The position numbers were made by a program, and so were the translations under genes. From contig OZ025801.1 of assembly GCA_964019425.1 (NCBI GenBank), positions 310,001-374,000 of the forward strand: a DNA stretch of 64,000 nucleotides, in the 5' to 3' direction. Source of the stretch: Flectonema sp. DT1601 (lineage: Eukaryota). Numbering within the stretch: position 1 is the stretch's first letter; every line of letters starts with the position of its first letter. Positions 56,305 through 64,000 of the stretch are shown in pieces. The notes under the pieces are model-generated. The model did not search any database and had not been told where the DNA came from. It saw only the letters and a list, made by a program, of their open reading frames with translations.

Positions 56305-59300
56305 CTAGTAGTTTCGTTGTTCAACGTGATTCCAAGTGAAGGGACGTTGGTTACCTACGCGAACTCTAACAGGTGCCACTTCTGCTACGATGCCGTCTTT
56401 CCAATCTTCTGACACGTGATCCCTGACCCGAACCTTTGCGCCAATCTGAAATTTCTCAGGACTCTGCGCATTAGCGTGTTTTACAAAGCCCCACGTGAAA
56501 GCTAATTGTTGACCCAATATCTTTACCATTGGTTTGGTACCAGGTGTTTCTACTACTCCAGGTTTCCATTCTTCTGCAACGTTGTCTCTCACTAGAACAT
56601 CATCACCGACTCTGAAAGGTCTGGCAACTGTTACTTCATCATCACTTCCTGCAGTCTCCTTACGATAATGTTTCCAAGTAAATGAACGATCTGATCCAAC
56701 AGTCTTGACGGTCGGCTTACTTCCTGCAGCGCTCACAACGACTCCTGATTTCCAATCGTCTCTGTCGTTGTCTCGAACTTGAACTTTGTCTCCAACTCGA
56801 TATTGTAATATCGCAGAACTAGTTGACGGTAATTGAGTTCCAGTCACGGGTGGTGTTAGTGTCTCTCTCGGATCTAATTCACAAAAGTTCCAAGTGAATG
56901 ACTTCCCCCCAGCCATGTCAACCATCGGTTTGGCGCCAGCAGTTTTCACACTTCCGTATTTCCATTCTTCAGATGTCTTGTCTCGCACTCGTACTTGATC
57001 TCCGACTTTAAATCCGACAGCAGCAATCTTTTGTTCTTTTTCAATGAAATTCCAAGTTAGTGCTCTGGTCGATCTGTCTATCTTAACGAGAAACTCACCT
57101 CCTCTGATAGTTTCGACAACTCCTCCTCTCCATTCCTGTGATGTTGTGTCCCTGACTCGAACACGTTCTCCGACTTCAAAGTTGTCCTCATCTTTCTTTA
57201 CAAAATTCCAAGTGAAGGCACGTTTCTGGCCATCGACGCGGATCTGTGGTCGGCCGCTGTTGTCAACATTTTCAACTGTTCCCTTCTTCCAGTCGTCTCG
57301 TTCGGAATCTCTGACAGACACACGAGCTCCAATCCCAAACTGTTTATTAATTTTTATAATTAAAGTGTCAATCAAGAAATGATTGATTTGAGAATGGTGT
57401 AAATAACAATACCTGTCGTTGTTGGGCTGCTTTACCAGCTTCCTTCCCACCTGTGATTCCTTTGTTGGTATCTGCTTTCTTCATGTATCCCCAAGTGAAA
57501 GCTTTAGCTGCTCCTGCCATCTTAGCAGTCACAGTACCACCAGCTATTGACTCTACGGTGGCCTTTTTCCATTCTTCTGCTGCGCTGTCTCTGACAAGCA
57601 CGGCATCACCAATCATGAACTGTTTTAGTAATTAAAAATTAAGAGCATCTTCATTTACTGGGATGAGAAGTCGTAAAAACAGTAATAAGAAAGTAACAAA
57701 CCTCCTCATTCGCATTCAGGTGTTCCACCATAGCCCATGAAAGAGCACGATCGCCATTCTCAAGACAGATGAGAGGATTTGATCCAGAGAAGGATTCGAC
57801 AGTTCCTGTTTGATGTTGATGATGATGATAATAATTCTAACTTCAGTACTTTAATTACACATCACGTGAATGCATACCTTTCTTCCAAGGTTCTGAAGAA
57901 TTATCTCGCACACGTACTTTGTCACCGATTGAAAACTTGCTGCTGCTTGTGCTGGCACCTCCAGTGACAGACTCATCCTTTTCGTAGTAGATCCAAGTAA
58001 ACCCCCGAGCCTGACCGTGGATGGTAACAATCGGTTTTTTACTGCTACTCAGATCGGTGACTACTCCACGCTTCCATGGTTCTTTTTCAGAATCTCTTAC
58101 TTTAACAACATCACCTACTGCGTATACAGTACTACTTAGTGAACTTGTTTTTGTTGGGAGTAAACCTGATGACGATGAGGTAGAGATCTTCCTGTTGGAA
58201 GTATTCTTCTCCATCATCTTCCAGGTATAAGCAGTTGATTGTCCTTCTAGTTTTACCTTTACTCGTCCAGCATTAATAGAATCGATAGTACCTGGTCTCC
58301 AATCTTCACTTGTTGAGTCTCGTACTTTAACAGAATCACCAACACTGTAAGAAGTATCTTCTTTAAGAGGTTCCATCTGTGCCCACGTAAAAGCGATCAT
58401 CTGATCATCAACTCTGACTGTGACAGCTTTTCCATTTGCTGCTTCAACTGTTCCTCTTTTCCATTCCTCAGCATCAGAGTCTCTGACTCGAACTCGATCC
58501 CCAACTGTGTACCCACCGTCAGGAATCACAAACTCCCAAGTAAACGCGCGGTGTTGACCATCAACAGTCACTAATGGTTTTTGACCCCCACCAGCTGTAA
58601 CAATTCCCTTCTTCCATTCATCAACAGCGCGGTCTCTAACTTTCACACGGTCACCCATTTTAAATCTTACCGATGATGATGATGATGATGATGAGGTGGC
58701 TGCTAACTTCTCTTCAGGTCTCCGCTCTACGAAGTTCCATGTGAAGGCTCTCGATTGCCCATCAGCTCTAACGAGAACTTTATCATCGCTAATTGATTCA
58801 ATGCTTCCATTCTTCCAATCCTCAACTACAACATCTCTAACTCTAACTTTGTCTCCAACAGAGAACTTCGAATTACGCCCAGTGGCTTCCGATGATGACG
58901 AAGATGAAGATGTAGCAGTTGGAAGTTTTTCAACAAACGTCCACGAGAAGGCACGAACTTGACTGTCAATACGAACCATCGGTTTGTTATCAGTGATTGT
59001 TTGAACAACACCCTTCCTCCATTCTTCTTTCTCAGTATCACGAACTCTTACTCTATCTCCTACAGAGAATTCTGAAGCTGGAGGGTCACTGCTGGGCTCA
59101 ATTATGTGCCAATTACTGACCTGAACACATCCATCAAGTCGGACAGTTACGTGACTTCCGTTTACATTTGCGATTGTTCCCTTCCGCCATTCTTCGCGAG
59201 TGTTGTCTCTCACACGGCATCGATCACCGTTTTGAGGAAAGCTTCCGAAGGACACGTTGATCTTTTCAATAAAGTTCCATGTGAATGCCTGCTGCTGTCC

Positions 59301-61421
59301 TTCAACGCGCACAAGAGTTTTGTTGCCAGACACTGACTCAACAGTTCCCTTTCTCCATTCTGCTGTAGTGGTGTCCCTGACTCGTACCTTGCACCCAACT
59401 GTATAGGAACTCGCTTGATTATCTCTTTCAATATACTCCCAAGTGAAAGAAGCGTCTTGTCCGTCAACTCTTACTTTTGTCTTTCTGTCTGCTGTGGAAA
59501 CGACGGCTCCGTTTCTCCAGTTCTCCCGTTCAGAGTCTCTGACGCGGACTCTGTCGCCTAATTTAAAAACTTCTTTTATTGAATCCTTCGCTGCCTGTTC
59601 TTTAGCTGCGCGTTCCTTCTCTTTCTCCGCCTGCTCTTTGTCTGCTCGGTCTTTTGCAGAACGTTCCCTATCACGTTCTCTCTCTCTCTCTTTGTCTTTT
59701 TCCCATTCCGCCTCCTTTCGTTTTTCCTCCTCCCTGGCTTGTTCTTTGTCAGCAGCTTCCTTCATTGAACGCTCTTTTGCGCGAGCATTTTCTTCACGTT
59801 CCGCGTCTTCCTTGGCAGCCTGTTGTTTTGCAAGAGAAGACTTGCGATCGCGTTCTTCTTCTTCTCGACGACGTTCGTCTCTTTCCTTTTCCCATTGCAG
59901 TCTATCTTCTCGTTCACGTTTTTCCTTTGCGAGTTGCTCTTTTTGAGCTTCTAGTTCCTTCCTCTCAGAAAGATCTTTCTCCGCGAGTCGCTTTTCCTTT
60001 TCAGCAATTTCTTGTTCCTTCTTTTCGAATTCCTCCTTTTCAGCATTCTCTCGCTTATCCTTTTCCACTCTTTCTTCTTCTCTCTTTAGTTCGGCTTTCT
60101 TCCTCGCTTCCCGTTCGGCATCTTCCATGGCGCGTTCCTTTTCAGATTTGTCATCTCTGGGAGATGATTTCTTGTAATCTCTTTCGTCTTTGCTTTTTGC
60201 TTTCGCCTTTTCCTTTTCATCGTCTGAACGAGGTGGTGGTGGTGGTGGCGGTGGTGAACTATCTGAGTGGTATCTATCTCGAGACTTGTGTCGCGAAGAG
60301 TGACGATTTGGTGTTCGACGAGTTGGTGGAGGAGGAGCTCTGCCATGATGCTCAAAACAGTATTGATCAACAGCTGAAAGTATTCTATTAGTGTTGTGAG
60401 TCAGATCCATTATTGAGTTTAATTCTTGACGAAAGAAGTCTTGTTCATCTTCTGGATACGATCCAATCTTACCAAGTCGTGTGTCACCATCAACATAGTC
60501 TTCAACAAGTGTCATTAAAGTAGCAAGTTGAGCTAGTACTTCGTATCGAAGAAACTTCTTAACACTTTCCGATCCACGTGTTGATCTTTTTCTTCGTGGT
60601 TGTATTGACTGCTCACTGATAGAAGATTCAGTGTCGTCAACACGAATTGGTCTTCTCTTTTTCTTTTTCTTAGTTGGGTGTCCAGTTGATAAATTATTAA
60701 TCATACTCATATTATCGATTGTTCCTACTCCATGTCCCCACCGAGTAGCTTCTTCGAGAGCATTTCTGTTGGGCATCGGAATGAATTTTCCAGTGCTGTC
60801 TCTGTAGTACATTGGTTGTGGTGCTGTTTGTAATTGTTGAGAAGTACCAACGACAGCACCAGTTGGCTGCTGTCCTCTGAGGAGTCTTCCTCCAATTGGA
60901 GGACCAGATGACAGAGCTGCAGGTAGTGTTGAGTTTCCTAAACAAGTTAATCTAACGTCAACTGTCATGATTCCAATCTTGTTACCCAACACGTCAGAGA
61001 GAGTGAAGACACCTCTTTTAATACCGCAGCGTAGTTCCTCACCGTGTTCACCAATAACTAACGCGTGAGAACCAATTACTGTTCGATTATTCTCACTAAC
61101 TTCATCAACTAATATAATGTGAAGCGTAAGAGGGAGTGCTGGAGTCAACTCTTCTGGTCGTACTTGAAACAGACAAGACTTTCCAGCTTCAAAACATATT
61201 GAACGAAAACAACCATCACTTGCTTCAGTCCCTCGTCTGTGTCCTTCTCTATTAGCTAAGTCTGGTCTCACGAATAATGTCGGAAATCCCCATAATCTAA
61301 ATGCAATACATGGATTAGTTGTAGTTGATACTCCCACTAACTCTCTCAGACCGTGAACGTACACTTCGAGCCCATAAAGTTTATTACTAGCTGTGTTTCC
61401 AGATCCAACCTGAAGCGCCAT
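56305..61421 (-). CDS. Large protein: MAP10/HPHLAWLY-like N-terminal domain, charged coiled-coil, 17 Tudor/Agenet-like VRVRD-W repeats (3 introns at ~57.3-57.9 kb)
   Basis: PCIAFRLWGFPTLFV...FEAGKSCLF at the N-terminus. Repeats FxVGDRVRVRDxxxEEWKKG...AFTWxFVE continue across the ORF pieces. Confidence 0.8.
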
Positions 61422-64000
61422 ATTATTTCCTCAGGTAACGACCCCACCCCCCTTCTTAGAAAGTGATAATAATTTATTGACCAAATGATGGATAGGTTTT
61501 TAAAAACAGACAACGATTCTTACTTGTATTTTGTAATAATAAGTTGACAAATAAATTGAATCTTCCAAACCACACTCACGATCACAAATTTCTATGAGTT
61601 CTTACGAGTAGAAGAACACAAATCAGTCCACTCAAAAAAACTACCGCACAGCTATGGCTGAGGTGAAAGTTGTTATTCTTACTAACTCATTGCATGCATC
61701 AACAAGTTCTCAGCTGGAGACAATAAAAACAAAACAAAAGTAAAAGTACTCAAACTCACTCCCCTTATACATCAATCTTTATAATTATTTATTTATCCAC
61801 TCCTGCTACCGAGTATCAGTTTAGTGAACTAATAGAACCAACTAAGGGATCTCTATACTGCAGTAGTAGAGATCCTTACAAAAGGTACAGAACATGGCTA
61901 CAGAGCATTCTCTTTAAACAAAGAAAAAAGATACGAAATAATCGATGCGTGTGTTGCGTTACGAATGTGACAGAGCGGCTTTAGTAAAGTAATTGTTTCC
62001 CAAATTTGCCGATAGAAATAAAAAAAGAAAAAGAAAGCCATTCAGATGAACTTGCTATTTCATTGATTGCAGAGAAAACATAACATAATAAATAACAGAA
62101 AAAAATTTTTTTTCCCCCCTGACTTCGTCGGTGCAAAAAAACAAAAATAAGCATCAATACACGTGCCATACCTCTGGAGAAGCAGACGAGAAAAAGAAGT
62201 GCATTGAACGAATAAAAAAAGCAGTTATCCTTATGTCTGTGACGCAAAGTCACCTGCAGAGAACACATGATATTTATTTATTTACGAAACCTAGGAACCA
62301 AAAGCCAGGAAAAGCTCAATAGGGATAACAGTTATATCGCTACCAGCGACCACAAGACTCTCACAGACGATAAGAGACGTAGAATAACCTGGAACAAATG
62401 ACTACCTAAACCCACGCCCACGCGAGCACAGACAGTGTTAAAGACGGCTGATAACTCCAATTTTCGTTAAAAAGAGGGAGAACATGCCACATTAGATCAG
62501 AAAATAAGAAATAAAGTGATAAAAAAAAACTTGAATGGAACTGAGATAAAAATAATAAAATTTAATAAAAAAAGTGGTTCTAGAAATCCAATCGAAATCA
62601 GACTTGCGCTATTTCTTTTTTATTTTTTTTTCTGTTTATAAAACATAATCGGCATTAACGTGAACCAGAAGAGGATCAATCACGGAGATTGTGTTTATAG
62701 CTTCGGCCGGAAGGAATGACTAAAATCAAATGGGAGAGTCTGTTTTGGATCATAACTGCCTGATTAATTGTTAAGTGGAGAAAAAAAAATATGTATTTTA
62801 AACTTTTTTTTAAAAAAAAATACCTTCGAATTGTGATTGAAGCGGCCTACCCACCCGGAAGGTTGGAGTGGCTGCCTATCAATACTGAACAAACGGCGAA
62901 CGGGCTCTCCATTTACTTAGTATCATTAATTTTAGAACAGAAAAGTGAGAATTAGGTAGCAAGTCCAACTATCCACTGAGTACGACGCACCAAAGAGAAC
63001 CAGCAGATCTCCAATACCGCGGTAGTAGTTTGAAGCCATTCCCTGAAAAGGATTATTTTGATAGTTTCAGCACTGGGTATACTAATTTGTAACCACAATG
63101 CATCAACCTTGATAGACTTATCAAAAAAAAAGAAATTGAGAAAATAAAAAACCACCATAGTCAGTAAGTACTATGATAATTAATTGAACAAAATAATTTA
63201 AAAAAAAAAAAAAAAAAAAAGAAAGAAAACAACTTATTTAGTGAAGATTCCATTAGAACCTGCAGCCACCTTCTATGAAATAATAAAAAGAAGGTTTTTA
63301 CCATCTGATTCCAAAGAAATCTATTGAATTGAGGTGAGAGGAAGAAACACAAAACACATTCTTGCAAACTATGTAATAAAGTTTTTTTTTTTTTTGTAAG
63401 TGGGAAAACCGGTCTGACCAATCAGCAGGTTAACTTCATATAAAAAAAGATGATTTTATCGTTTTTAAGACTTCGGATGGTACAAAAACAATGACCTAAA
63501 TTCTCACATGTTTCGGAACCTCCTTCCGCAGTCAAAATAACAAAACAACTTTTTTCGAATAAAATTTTGCTCTTGAAATCAAACGAATTCTCCCTTTTTT
63601 TATTTTCTTTCTTTCTTTCTTTTCCTTTTTCGCACAAGTATTTTTGAGATCAAAAAATATCAACAAACGTTAGAGTAGTCACACTGTGAGAAGAGACGAC
63701 TACCAAGACGCACCTCATTCATGAAACAGGAATGAAGTGCGTCTATCAATTAACGGAATCTACTGACGATCTCAGAAATTATTTTTTGAAAAATTATTAT
63801 TAATCGGGTCTCTTTATCGTTTGTCAACGTGAATGACGTATCCCAACAGAGCACACTCTTCGGGTTTTTTTCTTTCTTTTCTTTTTCTCTAAAATCAAGC
63901 AGATGAACACACAGCTGTGAGCTGGCGTGTACTTAACACAAAAACAGAATTATCAGAATGGTGTCTGACAGGGTAGTTTGAGAGTCCAAAAAGCGTGGTG

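Overview
Eukaryotic genomic DNA, very probably from a diplonemid (Euglenozoa). The evidence is a diplonemid-type spliced-leader (SL) exon, short GT-AG introns, long A/T tracts and genes in unidirectional blocks. About 9 genes lie on + from 1 to 21.6 kb and about 10 genes on - from 31.7 to 61.4 kb. The convergent strand switch between them (20-31 kb) holds a nest of mobile DNA. (1) A 690-bp insertion with a 20-bp target-site duplication (TSD) starts exactly at G1 of an HDV-like ribozyme fold and interrupts an LRR gene. (2) Three head-to-tail copies plus an inverted fragment of a ~4.65-kb VIPER/TATE-like tyrosine-recombinase retrotransposon (gag, YR, RT/RNase H). (3) A Mutator transposase relic. 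The retrotransposon's expression scheme can largely be read from the sequence. A divergent tRNA-like A/B-box element sits upstream of a trans-splice acceptor, and one genomic copy begins with the SL joined exactly at that acceptor, so it is a reverse-transcribed trans-spliced mRNA. At the end of gag, a conserved G_GGA_AAC slippery site plus stem would shift ribosomes -1 into RT, while YR continues in the gag frame past a single UGA. All assignments come from reading motifs by eye; no searches were run.
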